DNA of 64,000 bases from Desulfobulbaceae bacterium BRH_c16a (GCA_000961725.1 LADS01000037.1:54185-118184); one strand, 5' to 3'; positions 37,401 to 47,310 are shown, counted from the first letter of the stretch. Numbers and translations are program-made. The notes: generated by a model from the letters alone, not told the origin.

Positions 37401-38441
37401 TCACTTCCTGCCTGCTTTTTTTGGCGGCAGCTGCTTTTTTTTGCTCTTTTCCTTTGCCGGATCGGCAAGAAAAAATTGCACGGACTCTTGCAGAACCAGC
37501 TTTTTGTTCAGCACGGTGCGCTCTTCCGGGACCCCGAACCAGCTGATGCGTATGCGCTTATTTTCTTTCAATTGCGGGAACTTCCTCTCCAGATAGCCAC
37601 GCAGGGCGACCGCCCGCTTTTTCGCCAGCCCCTGATTATTCTGCTGATAGACTATGATATTCAAGTCTCCCTTGCCCATATTCGATACCGCCGCCCCGAT
37701 CAGATCGAGGGATGGCCGGGAGAGAGGAGAGATTTCTGCGGAGAGCGGCACAAAGGCGATTTCGGCAAGGGTCACGGTTCTGGCCCCCAGCCGGTAGTTG
37801 CGATAGGAATGATCACCCAGGCTGTTCAGCCGATCGGTGGCCATGCGGGCAAAGCTCCCGGCCGGATAAGAATCGAGATACAGCCGCCAGGCCATTTTTT
37901 CTTCCGGCTCCCTTTTCAGCTTTCTGAGAATCACCGCGCGGTTGTATAAGGCCTGGGGACTGTCCGGCCACATGTCCAGAGCCTGTTGGTAGGTGGTGAG
38001 ACTTTTTTCAAGTTCACCTGCCTGCAAAAGATTGTTGCCGAGGTAGACCAGGGCTTGAACGTTCCGCGGATTGAGGCGCAGAGCCGCATTGTAGCTTGCC
38101 CGCTCTTTTGCGCGCATGCCGTTTTCCCCATAAGCCAGTCCCAGCCAGAAATGGTATTGGCTGTCGCCGGGATTATAGGCCGCAGCTTTTTCAAGGTAGG
38201 GCAGAGCCGACTTTGCCTCGTTTTCCGCAAGGAGGAACCGCCCGTAAAAAAAGAGGACCTGCGGATTGTCGGGATCTTTCTGCAGTGCCTCTGAAAATGT
38301 TTGCCGCCCGCCGGCGAAGTTCTTCTCCTGCAGATAATATTCGCCCTGGATATTGTATTTCAGGGCATTACCGAATTCTTTCACGGCACAGCCGGAAAAA
38401 AGCAGAACCATTACAACAAGTATTACTGCAGTTCGGAACAT
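37401..38441 (-). CDS. TPR lipoprotein with degenerate OmpA-like C-terminal domain
   Basis: Lipobox LFSG-C; multiple TPRs; IAFVPLSAEI...LDLIG...LAKKRAVALRGYL...RIRISWFG. Confidence 0.8.
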   Translation of the reverse strand: MFRTAVILVVMVLLFSGCAVKEFGNALKYNIQGEYYLQEKNFAGGRQTFSEALQKDPDNPQVLFFYGRFLLAENEAKSALPYLEKAAAYNPGDSQYHFWLGLAYGENGMRAKERASYNAALRLNPRNVQALVYLGNNLLQAGELEKSLTTYQQALDMWPDSPQALYNRAVILRKLKREPEEKMAWRLYLDSYPAGSFARMATDRLNSLGDHSYRNYRLGARTVTLAEIAFVPLSAEISPLSRPSLDLIGAAVSNMGKGDLNIIVYQQNNQGLAKKRAVALRGYLERKFPQLKENKRIRISWFGVPEERTVLNKKLVLQESVQFFLADPAKEKSKKKQLPPKKAGRK

Positions 38442-38641
38442 TGCAGTCTCCTTCTTAGTACAATCTTATTAATGATACCGTGTTACCGGCGACCGGTGCG
38501 GCAACACGACGTATGGCTTCCGTATTGTAAAGCCTTGAGAGAATATCAACAAGAATTGCTCACAGTATTATCAGAATACTGTGATGAGAAGGGGGTTGCA
38601 TAATGTGAGGCGTGCTGCGAGAGCAGCTCTCGGGAAGGAGG

Positions 38642-38690
38642 AAAACTACAGCTCAGCCGGAAGTAATGCCCTCCCGGAACTGAGCTGTAG
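38642..38690 (-). terminator. Terminator of the cyd operon
   Basis: ctacagctcag...ctgagctgtag stem then TTTT on the minus strand. Confidence 0.7.
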
Positions 38691-38707
38691 AGATAAATAT
38701 TCGGATC

Positions 38708-38800
38708 TTACAGATTTTTGGTTTTAGCCAGCACTATAATTGCCGCCTTATACGACACTGCGACCAGGACGACCCAGCCGATAAGCAATACTGCGGTCAT
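38708..38800 (-). CDS. 30-aa single-TM protein, candidate small cytochrome bd subunit (CydX/CydS-like)
   Basis: GAGGAG RBS; MTAVLLIGWVVLVAVSYKAAIIVLAKTKNL*; lies between cydB and the terminator. Confidence 0.75.
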   Translation of the reverse strand: MTAVLLIGWVVLVAVSYKAAIIVLAKTKNL

Positions 38801-38832
38801 GATTTACTCCTCATTAATAATTTGTTCTGTTC

Positions 38833-39966
38833 TCAATACGCCTTCTTGTCAGCCACATCCCGGGCATCGATCTTCCTTGAGTCCATCTGCCGCCAGGCAT
38901 AGGCAATGTACGCGAGAACGGCGGGAATGAACAGCGCCACATAAGTCATGGCAGTCAGGGTGTAATGGCTGGAAGAGGCGTTGTAAATGGTCAGACTCGA
39001 TTGCAGATCGACCTTCGACGGGTAAAACGGCGTGTTGTTGAAGCCAGCGGTGAAAAAAACCGCCAACCCGACCAGAACGGTTCCGAGACCGCCAAACCAG
39101 ATGCCGGTGGTGACGTTTGAGAGACCGGTACGGGTCACCCCGAGAAGAACGAGAAAAAGCCCTACCAGCAGCATCACGAGGACAATCGGCATTGCCAGGA
39201 GGTTGTCCAGATATTTATGAGCTACCATGCCCACTACACCGTTATGGTCTGTGCCGAAACCATCGATCAGCAACAGACTTACCACCACATACAGGAGAAA
39301 GGGCAAAGAGCAGAGAAAGCTGGTCAGGCAAGACTTCCTGACCCGGGCTTCAAACTCCGGAACTCCGCGCATATTAATATTGTTCACCAGATACATGGCG
39401 CCGAGCGTACGGGCATTGAAGACCAGAAACAGGCCCAGAGAAAGGTTGAACAGGGAAAAAGCCGCCTCCAGCCCCCTGAGCGGAGTGGTCCAGGTCACCT
39501 GATTGTAGTCATTCAAGATAAAATTCGAGCCGGTAAAGAAGGTGCCGACAGCTGCCCCGATCAGGAGAATACCCACCGATCCGTTGATAAAAAGGAAGAC
39601 TTCATAGGTTTTTGCGCCGAGCAGGTTGTTCGGTTTTTTGCGAAACTCGTAGCTGACCGCCTGAACAATGAAAGTGAAAAGGATCAGCATCCACACCCAA
39701 TACGCCCCGCCGAAGCTCGTCGCATAGAATTTCGGGAAGGCGGCAAAGAGCGCCCCGCCAAAGAGGACCAGCGTAGTGAATGTCAGTTCCCACTTGCGGC
39801 CGAGTGAATTAATAACAAGTGATTTCTCATTGTCATTTTTGGCGACCTGCCAGAGCAGCGTCTGACCGCCCTGGACAAAATTGAGAAAAAGAAAAAGGGC
39901 TCCAACCACAGAACAGATTATCCACCACACCTGCTGCAGAGTTACAATATCCAATTTGCCGATCAT
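38833..39966 (-). CDS. cydB: Cytochrome bd ubiquinol oxidase subunit II
   Basis: GRKWELTFTTLVLFGGALFAAFP, SLTIYNASSSHYTL. Confidence 0.95.
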   Translation of the reverse strand: MIGKLDIVTLQQVWWIICSVVGALFLFLNFVQGGQTLLWQVAKNDNEKSLVINSLGRKWELTFTTLVLFGGALFAAFPKFYATSFGGAYWVWMLILFTFIVQAVSYEFRKKPNNLLGAKTYEVFLFINGSVGILLIGAAVGTFFTGSNFILNDYNQVTWTTPLRGLEAAFSLFNLSLGLFLVFNARTLGAMYLVNNINMRGVPEFEARVRKSCLTSFLCSLPFLLYVVVSLLLIDGFGTDHNGVVGMVAHKYLDNLLAMPIVLVMLLVGLFLVLLGVTRTGLSNVTTGIWFGGLGTVLVGLAVFFTAGFNNTPFYPSKVDLQSSLTIYNASSSHYTLTAMTYVALFIPAVLAYIAYAWRQMDSRKIDARDVADKKAY

Positions 39967-39967
39967 A

Positions 39968-41500
39968 TCACGCTCCCTCCGGTCCTATCTTTATCTGCTT
40001 CAGCATAATCTTTATTTCCGCTATCAACAGGATGGCAAACAACACAAAGAACATGACGAAAGTAGTCTGCACATTTCCTGCGCCAATGTTGGTGCTGGCC
40101 ATCTTTACCGGCAGCATATTCTGGATCGCCCAGGGCTGGCGGCCGACCTCGGCCACCACCCAGCCAAATTCCGAGGCAAGGTAGACCAGGAAAAAAGAGC
40201 CGACTCCCAACCGCAGCAACCAGCGGTTATCCGCCAGTCTGTCCTGCAATGCCGATCGCAGGAAAAGAGCCAGCAACAAAATGATGAATGTGCCCACATA
40301 GACCATATAATGAAACGAATAATAGGTGGTTGCAACCGGCGGGACTGCTTCTTCCGGCCGATCGAAGTAGCCGAACCCCAGGTAGTCCTGATTGATCTTG
40401 AACCGCTCGAGGGCTGCGGCCTTGCCCGGTGCGTCGCCGGCCTTGCCGGCTGCTTTATAGGCTGCCAGATCGGCGATGGCGGTTTTGCCTTTTTCCATCT
40501 TTTCAGCGACGGACATTATCCCTTCCGCCTGGTTGCCGTATACCAGATCCTTAATACCCGGAACAAAGCCGTCCGCTTCCCGCGTGGCGAGAAGGGACAA
40601 ACCCTTGGGGATGGAGATCTCAAACGCAAAGGGGTCCCGCCCGTCATCAACTTTTTTGCCGCTGGTCAGGATTCCGAAGGCGACGATATCAGCGCCTCTC
40701 GAGCCTTCATAGAGGCCTTCGTAGGCAGCAAGCTTCATCGGCTGATGGGCGGCGTTGCCATACGCCGATTCATCGCCGGTAAAGGCTGTGAATATACTGG
40801 AGAAAAGGCCGAAAACAGTAGCCACGACAATGGACTTTTTGGCCATGTCGACGTGTTTTCCCCGCAACAGGTAATACGAGGAGATGGAAATCACAAAAAC
40901 GGAGCCGACAATGAAACTGGAACTGGTCGTATGGGTAAATTTGGCCACTGCCACAGGCGACAATATCACTTCCCAGATATTCTGCATCTCGAACCTTGCC
41001 GTATCCGGGTTGAAGGCCATCCCGACCGGGTACTGCATCCAGCCGTTGGCGACAAGGATCCACAGCGCTGAGAGATTTGAACCGATCGCCACCATCCAGG
41101 TGGAAAAGAGGTGGAAGCGTTTGGTGGTTCGTTCCCAGCCAAAGAACATCACGGCAAAAAAAGTCGCTTCGAGGAAAAAGGCAAAAATTCCCTCAATCGC
41201 CAGTGGCGCCCCGAAGATATCCCCGACCATCCATGAATAGTTGGACCAGTTGGTGCCGAATTGAAACTCGAGAATGATACCGGTTGCAATACCAATGGCA
41301 AAGTTGATACCGAACAGCGTCATCCAGAACTTCGTCAGTCTCTTCCATTCTTCTTTTCCGGTGCGGACATAGATCGATTCAAAAAACGCGAGCAGAAAAG
41401 AGAGCCCCAGGGTAATCGGGACGAACAGCCAGTGATACATGGCGGTCAAAGTAAACTGTGCCCTCGCCCAATTTACCGTGCCAAGATCTATTTCACCCAT
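39968..41500 (-). CDS. cydA: Cytochrome bd ubiquinol oxidase subunit I
   Basis: ARAQFTLTAMYHWLF, FQFGTNWS, ANGWMQYP, QPMKLAAYEG, AEVGRQPW. Confidence 0.97.
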   Translation of the reverse strand: MGEIDLGTVNWARAQFTLTAMYHWLFVPITLGLSFLLAFFESIYVRTGKEEWKRLTKFWMTLFGINFAIGIATGIILEFQFGTNWSNYSWMVGDIFGAPLAIEGIFAFFLEATFFAVMFFGWERTTKRFHLFSTWMVAIGSNLSALWILVANGWMQYPVGMAFNPDTARFEMQNIWEVILSPVAVAKFTHTTSSSFIVGSVFVISISSYYLLRGKHVDMAKKSIVVATVFGLFSSIFTAFTGDESAYGNAAHQPMKLAAYEGLYEGSRGADIVAFGILTSGKKVDDGRDPFAFEISIPKGLSLLATREADGFVPGIKDLVYGNQAEGIMSVAEKMEKGKTAIADLAAYKAAGKAGDAPGKAAALERFKINQDYLGFGYFDRPEEAVPPVATTYYSFHYMVYVGTFIILLLALFLRSALQDRLADNRWLLRLGVGSFFLVYLASEFGWVVAEVGRQPWAIQNMLPVKMASTNIGAGNVQTTFVMFFVLFAILLIAEIKIMLKQIKIGPEGA

Positions 41501-41517
41501 TACATCATCCTCCGTAC

Positions 41518-41745
41518 TTAATTATTTTCTACCGGCCCCGTCAATCGCTCCAGAACGTGGTCGGCCCTTTGCCCATCGGTTGAAAAATTGGTCTGCAGAA
41601 AGTTCGGGAAAAAAAACAGTTTCATAACCGCGAATAGTATAAACAGCTTAATCAGAATAATTTTCCACAGGGTCCTGCCCACAGTCATCCGGCGGAAACC
41701 ATCCCGATACATTTGGTATGCCTTCACGGGCAAGGAGGTCACCAT
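41518..41745 (-). CDS. DUF4492-like small membrane protein upstream of cydA
   Basis: YRDGFRRMTVGRTLWKIILIKLFILFAVMKLFFFPNFL. Confidence 0.85.
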   Translation of the reverse strand: MVTSLPVKAYQMYRDGFRRMTVGRTLWKIILIKLFILFAVMKLFFFPNFLQTNFSTDGQRADHVLERLTGPVENN

Positions 41746-41805
41746 ATCATGCTCTCTTTTGTTTCTCAATGTGTTTGAAATCGCAGATTTCACTACTCGT
41801 ATCCC

Positions 41806-41822
41806 TGGCAACCACATTGCCA
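41806..41822 (-). promoter_or_regulatory. Possible sigma54 promoter or palindromic operator for cyd
   Basis: Minus strand TGGCAATGTGGTTGCCA (GG-N10-GC, also an inverted repeat). Confidence 0.45.
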
Positions 41823-41840
41823 AAAACATCTTTTAGTGTC

Positions 41841-41859
41841 AAGAATAATTATCATTAGC
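41841..41859 (-). promoter_or_regulatory. Fur-family (Fur/PerR) box upstream of cyd
   Basis: GCTAATGATAATTATTCTT, 15/19 match by eye to GATAATGATAATCATTATC. Confidence 0.55.
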
Positions 41860-41875
41860 ATTCAAATTTTTCAGC

Positions 41876-41921
41876 AAAAAAAACCTTCTTGCTGGAGGAG
41901 TTCCGCAGCAAGAAGGTTTTT
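41876..41921. terminator. Intrinsic terminator after glnK
   Basis: aaaaaccttcttgctg...cagcaagaaggttttt. Confidence 0.85.
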
Positions 41922-41948
41922 AATGAAATTAGACCGGAAAGATTTCAA

Positions 41949-42302
<354 letters not shown>

Positions 42303-43628
42303 TTATTCTTTGGTGAATTCAGGATATGCAGCAAGTCCGCATTCCGCAACATCGACACCTTCCATCTCTTCCTCTTCACTGACGCGAACTCCCATCACCG
42401 CCTTGATGATCATCCAGACGATAAAACTGGTGCCAAAACACCAGGCAAAGATTGTCCCTATCCCGGCTAGCTGAGCGATAAGAGAGCCCTTCGGATTGGT
42501 GAAAACTACCGCAAGCAAACCCCAGATTCCGCACACGCCGTGCACCGATATCGCACCGACCGGGTCATCGATTTTCGCTTTGTCGATAAAGATGATTGCC
42601 GCAACAACGAGCAGCCCGGCAATGGCGCCGATAAGCGTCGCAACCAGCGGGGAAGGCGTCAGGGGTTCGGCGGTAATAGCCACCAGACCGGCAAGAGCAC
42701 CGTTCAGAGCCATGGTCAGATCAGCCTTGCCGAACCAGAACCTGGAGAGAATAAGGGCGGCGACGAGACCACCGGCGGCAGCAGTATTGGTATTGACGAA
42801 GACCATGGCAACCGCGTTGGCTTCCGTTATATTGCTTATTTTCAATTCGGAACCGCCGTTGAAGCCAAACCACCCCAACCAGAGGACAAGGGTGCCGAGT
42901 GCTGCAAGAGGCAGGTTGGCACCGGGAATGGCTTTGATTCTGCCCCCAGCATACTTCCCTTTCCGAGGCCCGAGAAGCAGGACACCGGCCAGGGCCGCAG
43001 AGGCGCCGCAAAGATGTACAACACCGGAACCGGCAAAGTCAAGAAAGCCAAGAGCATCGAGAAAACCTTTCCCCCATTTCCAGTAACCTTGGACCGGGTA
43101 GATAAAACCGGTCAGGACCACGGCGAAGGCCAGGAAGGACCACAGCTTCATCCGTTCGGCTACGGCACCGGAGACGATGGACATGGCCGTTGCCACAAAG
43201 ACAACCTGAAAAAAGAAATCGGCCATGGCCGAGTAATACACTTTTCCGCCGCTCTGGAGCACCTCGGTAACGGTGTGATCGGCGCCAAGCAGAAAACCAA
43301 GTCCGGGGATGAGGCTGTTCGGCCCGCCGCCATACATGATATTGTATCCGACCAGCATGTACATGATACAGGCAATAGCGTAAAGGGCCACGTTCTTTGT
43401 GAGAATCTCAACAGTATTCTTACTCCTTACCAGCCCCGACTCGAGCATGGTGAAACCGGCGGCCATCCACATGACCAGTGCGCCGGTCATGAGGAAATAA
43501 AAGGTGTCGACGGCATACGCCAGTTGGACCACAGTTTCTCCGACACTTGCATCCTCGGCAAACGCCGGAACAGCAAAAGCTGTAACCGCCAGAAAAGCCG
43601 CGACCGCCCAACCTTTTGGTAATTTCAT
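42303..43628 (-). CDS. amtB: Ammonium transporter
   Basis: SIVSGAVAERMK, DFAGSGVVH, GWFGFNGGS, IDDPVGAISVHG; aggag RBS before ATG 43628. Confidence 0.96.
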   Translation of the reverse strand: MKLPKGWAVAAFLAVTAFAVPAFAEDASVGETVVQLAYAVDTFYFLMTGALVMWMAAGFTMLESGLVRSKNTVEILTKNVALYAIACIMYMLVGYNIMYGGGPNSLIPGLGFLLGADHTVTEVLQSGGKVYYSAMADFFFQVVFVATAMSIVSGAVAERMKLWSFLAFAVVLTGFIYPVQGYWKWGKGFLDALGFLDFAGSGVVHLCGASAALAGVLLLGPRKGKYAGGRIKAIPGANLPLAALGTLVLWLGWFGFNGGSELKISNITEANAVAMVFVNTNTAAAGGLVAALILSRFWFGKADLTMALNGALAGLVAITAEPLTPSPLVATLIGAIAGLLVVAAIIFIDKAKIDDPVGAISVHGVCGIWGLLAVVFTNPKGSLIAQLAGIGTIFAWCFGTSFIVWMIIKAVMGVRVSEEEEMEGVDVAECGLAAYPEFTKE

Positions 43629-43720
43629 GTCTTTCACGATACTCCTCCTTAAATTATGAATTCTTCCTCGTTCAACACCGAATGGCTTGCTGTCAACATT
43701 GAGGTACCTGCCCCTCAATT

Positions 43721-43736
43721 AACAAATCCTGTGCCA
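43721..43736 (-). promoter_or_regulatory. Probable sigma54 promoter of amtB-glnK
   Basis: Minus strand TGGCACAGGATTTGTT (perfect -24, -12 GT variant). Confidence 0.6.
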
Positions 43737-44104
43737 AAGTCAGAAAAATATCATTTATCCTGTGATTAAAGAAACTTGATATCATCGCCCAGGTCGTCGT
43801 GGACCTTCTTTTTGTTTTATGCTTACATATTTGTGTAATTATTTATTTTAATATTACGTTATTGTCGTTTTTGTGGGATCTACTCACTGTACTGCAAAAA
43901 ATACTAAACCCATAAAGGGGGATAAGTGCCCCTTCTCAAAACCGCATACGCGATATATCCTTTACATGGAGCATTCGTCATCACGCATGCACCCTGTTCG
44001 ATCTGATTTGCCGGCTTCTCATATTAAAAAAATCCTGCGGATTAGCCATGTTTCGCCACAGAGGGTGAAACCATTTTCTCAATACAACAGCGGAGGATGT
44101 CGCA

Positions 44105-44371
44105 ATGATTCGAAAAAACGGAATTCAAACGGTGTTGATCGCGCTGACTATCTCCTCTTTAGGCTTGCTTGGCGGCTGCGGTTCACCCGGTAAAGCCAAG
44201 ACGGACGATAGTGCAATGCTTCGTCAGCAGACTGAAAATGCAGTTCAGAGGGCTGAGCTGGCTGCGGATAAGGCTGAAAAGGCCGCCGACAGGGCTGAGC
44301 TGGCTGCGGACAAAGCCGAGAAAATGGCCGAGAAAGCCGAGCAGATTTTCAACAAGAAAATGAAAAAGTAA
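44105..44371 (+). CDS. Lpp/OprI-like alanine-zipper lipoprotein
   Basis: Lipobox LLGG-C; heptads RAELAADKAEKAAD twice; C-terminal Lys (KKMKK). Confidence 0.85.
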   Translation: MIRKNGIQTVLIALTISSLGLLGGCGSPGKAKTDDSAMLRQQTENAVQRAELAADKAEKAADRAELAADKAEKMAEKAEQIFNKKMKK

Positions 44372-44398
44372 TTCACTCCGGCGACCCTGCCCCACCGC

Positions 44399-45649
44399 AT
44401 GTGCCGCCTCGATTTGACTATGCGCCCCGGCCGGACGACAGGTAACCGCAGATTCTTTCTGCCGGCATGCCGGTCGGCTATGCTTGTCGTCATGGTTTAC
44501 ATCTGCAATATTTTCATTTTCACCACCAGATCTGAAGCCGGCGAGGTGCACCGGAGGACAGGCATCCTGGCGGTATGTTCGCGGTTTTCTCCGACGATCG
44601 CCGTGGATATTCGCGAGAGTGATCTCGGTGGGTTTGTAGTAGGGCGGATTGCTGCAGACAGCAGACTCCGGAAAGGTGAGCGGCCTGTTGGACTGCATGA
44701 TTTCAATGCAGGGGAAACCGTGACGGTCACCTGGAGGAAGTCTCATGAAGGTACGTCAATACTCACTTTGCTGGCAAGGGAGAACACCGTCCCCGCCCCG
44801 GCTACCGAAAGGCCGGCCAAAGAGCAGCCCCTTATCCACGATAACCGGGACTTCGGCGCGCTTATAGGCAAGAAACGCCGCCATCTTGTCGTAAAAAAAG
44901 ACACTCTCCTCGACATCGCCCGCCGCTACGACCTCGGCTTCAACGAGATAACGGCGCTCTATCCGCAGTACGATCCCTGGCTGCCGCCGGTCGGCACGGT
45001 GCTGGAAATTCCCAGCCAATGGCTTCTGCCCGATTCCAAATATGCAGGGTTCGTCGTCAACATCCCGGAAATGAGGCTATTCGTCTATTCAGGCGGTACC
45101 GGCAGACCGTCTGTCAGGACATTTCCCATCGGGATCGGCGATGTCGACTATCCCACGCCGACCGGATCCTATCGCATCGGCGTGAAACGCATTCATCCCA
45201 CCTGGTTTATTCCGCCATCCCTGCGCGAGAAATATCAACGTGCCACCTTCCCTCCGGGACCGGACAACCCTCTGGGCGACTACTGGATGGGACTCGAGGG
45301 CACCTTATACGGCATCCATGGCACCGATATCGCCTGGTCGGTAGGCAGACTGGTCACTCGCGGCTGCATCAGGATGTATCCCGAAGACATTGTGCAACTT
45401 TTTCCCTCTGTTAAAAAGGGAACAAAAGTCCAACTGGTCTACCAACCGGTGAAGGTCGCTTTTATCTCCGGCAGGATCTATATCGAGGTCCACCGGGATG
45501 TCTATTCGCTCATCGACAACCTCGCCGCTCACGGGTATGACATCATCGTCCGCAGGGGATTCGCGCGTCTTGTCGACCTGGAGAAGCTGCTGGACACGAT
45601 CGCCCTGGGAAATGGAATACCGACCGATATTACCTTGGAGCTGGATTGA
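44399..45649 (+). CDS. L,D-transpeptidase (LysM + YkuD, ErfK/YbiS-like); start uncertain
   Basis: DTLLDIARRY, VNIPEMRL, FPIGIG, PGPDNPLG, YGIHGT...GCIRM. Confidence 0.9.
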   Translation: MCRLDLTMRPGRTTGNRRFFLPACRSAMLVVMVYICNIFIFTTRSEAGEVHRRTGILAVCSRFSPTIAVDIRESDLGGFVVGRIAADSRLRKGERPVGLHDFNAGETVTVTWRKSHEGTSILTLLARENTVPAPATERPAKEQPLIHDNRDFGALIGKKRRHLVVKKDTLLDIARRYDLGFNEITALYPQYDPWLPPVGTVLEIPSQWLLPDSKYAGFVVNIPEMRLFVYSGGTGRPSVRTFPIGIGDVDYPTPTGSYRIGVKRIHPTWFIPPSLREKYQRATFPPGPDNPLGDYWMGLEGTLYGIHGTDIAWSVGRLVTRGCIRMYPEDIVQLFPSVKKGTKVQLVYQPVKVAFISGRIYIEVHRDVYSLIDNLAAHGYDIIVRRGFARLVDLEKLLDTIALGNGIPTDITLELD

Positions 45650-45934
45650 GTGAACAAGAAGCTTGAAGAACGACATCATTCACCTCAATGCAAAGAAGTT
45701 TGTCATCTATTCTCCACATTTTTGTAAAGCATAATGACATTATTGTCTTTTCCCCCATTTACATCCCATCCCGGAGCAACATCTCTCCCCAGGCCAAGAC
45801 ATGGTTTTTCCACGCCTGGATGGATTTTCCAAGAGGCCTCGAAAATAAAGAATATTCTGGCATATGAGTTGCGTTATACCGATGACACGAGAGATGTCTT
45901 ACGAATTGTATACGATCAAGAGAAAAACACCGAC

Positions 45935-46846
45935 ATGCATAAAATAGAGCTCCACACCACGGCGGAAGATCTGGCAGAATTTGCTTTTCTCCATGACATC
46001 GGCGCAGAGATCATTGGCGGCATCGCTATCGAACATTATAAAAACAGCGCCCCTGTCCCAGGATCCCGCGGAGGGACTCCTTCGCCTAAATCAATGAACC
46101 GGGCGAACATGAAGATCGAGATTTTTACCTCTTTTCTTGACGACAATCTGCTTCAGCGTCTGGCGACGACTGAATCGGTGCTGGATGTGCGGATTAATAG
46201 CTGTGCTCCCCTCAACCTCTCCGAGTCTCAAGCGGAACCGGAAAAAATTCACAGCGGAAACGATCAGCCGGCCGCGGTGCACAATTCGCTTGCGACCACA
46301 TGTATGGTTGACTCCTTTACCCCTGGTTATCTCCGCCTGAGGGTGGAAACAGACAAAAGTCCATACTGTCTTCAGGTGATTTTCCATACCCTGCTGATCC
46401 ACGGCATCGAGATTCAAAACGGCAGGAAGTTTTGCCAGGGAGATACCGATTTCATAACTCTGACCATCCCCCAGACCAACGAAAAGGTACTCCGGCTGCT
46501 CCAGTCGGAGATCACCGCCGGCCTGACACCGACAGGCCACGCGGCCAAAACTTTTACCTCGGGCCATGTTCCTGGAGTCATTGGGCTTTCACTTGCCCTT
46601 CGGGGCAGCAGTTCAATGCCGTCGATTACAATAACGGCACAAGGGCCGGCGGCAGCGATCAGAGCCGCCTTTCATGACACCCTCTACGCCTTTAACTGCG
46701 ATATTTCCATCGGCCGGATAACAGGCAGCGCCAGGAAAATCGAAGACATCTATTACCTTAGGGGACTCGATCGCAATCCCATCACCCATAAACATCTGAA
46801 CCTCCTCAAACAGAGGATTACCGGAGAAAGCAATGCAGAAAATTGA
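45935..46846 (+). CDS. Hypothetical: degenerate PII-like domain plus two GlnD-like ACT domains
   Basis: MHKIELH...MKIEIF parallels the PII beta strands; C-terminus FNCDISIGRITGSARKIEDIYYLRGLDRNPI resembles GlnD ACT2; ORF is open from 45734. Confidence 0.55.
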   Translation: MHKIELHTTAEDLAEFAFLHDIGAEIIGGIAIEHYKNSAPVPGSRGGTPSPKSMNRANMKIEIFTSFLDDNLLQRLATTESVLDVRINSCAPLNLSESQAEPEKIHSGNDQPAAVHNSLATTCMVDSFTPGYLRLRVETDKSPYCLQVIFHTLLIHGIEIQNGRKFCQGDTDFITLTIPQTNEKVLRLLQSEITAGLTPTGHAAKTFTSGHVPGVIGLSLALRGSSSMPSITITAQGPAAAIRAAFHDTLYAFNCDISIGRITGSARKIEDIYYLRGLDRNPITHKHLNLLKQRITGESNAEN

Positions 46847-47153
46847 AGTATTCCTGCCGCCGACAACGAATATCGACAGCCTTGAAGAAATTCTATTTGC
46901 GACCGGTGTGGTCTCCCTCTCCATCGCCGAGATGCAGGTATTCGACGGAAAAGAGATGAAAACCGTAAAATATCGTGGTGTCGAACGTACTATCCGCCGC
47001 AACAGAAAGCTCAAGATGGAAATAATAACAACACGGGATACAGTAGATCTGGTGGCAGGGGCTTTACGAGCATATCGGAAAAGCGTCGGGACAGATAATT
47101 TTCCTGCCTTCGTCACCGATCTCTCCGATCTTCCGGAGTCATTGCCAAGATGA
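46833..47153 (+). CDS. Divergent P-II family protein
   Basis: MQKIEVF...GVVSLSIAE...YRGVER...KLKMEII; lacks Tyr51, GDGKIF and RxRTGE. Confidence 0.75.
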   Translation: MQKIEVFLPPTTNIDSLEEILFATGVVSLSIAEMQVFDGKEMKTVKYRGVERTIRRNRKLKMEIITTRDTVDLVAGALRAYRKSVGTDNFPAFVTDLSDLPESLPR

Positions 47154-47310
47154 TAATGCCCCAGGCAGATCAGGCAGAACTTCTTTTTTTCTGTTGTTGA
47201 AGTTGACGTCCGGCCTGTTCCTGAGCTATGCTGTCGCTTTTACGTTAACCCCCAAAGCGAACTCCCGTCCCATTCGACAAAAAGAAAAAGCAACCCTGAC
47301 AGGAAAATAT

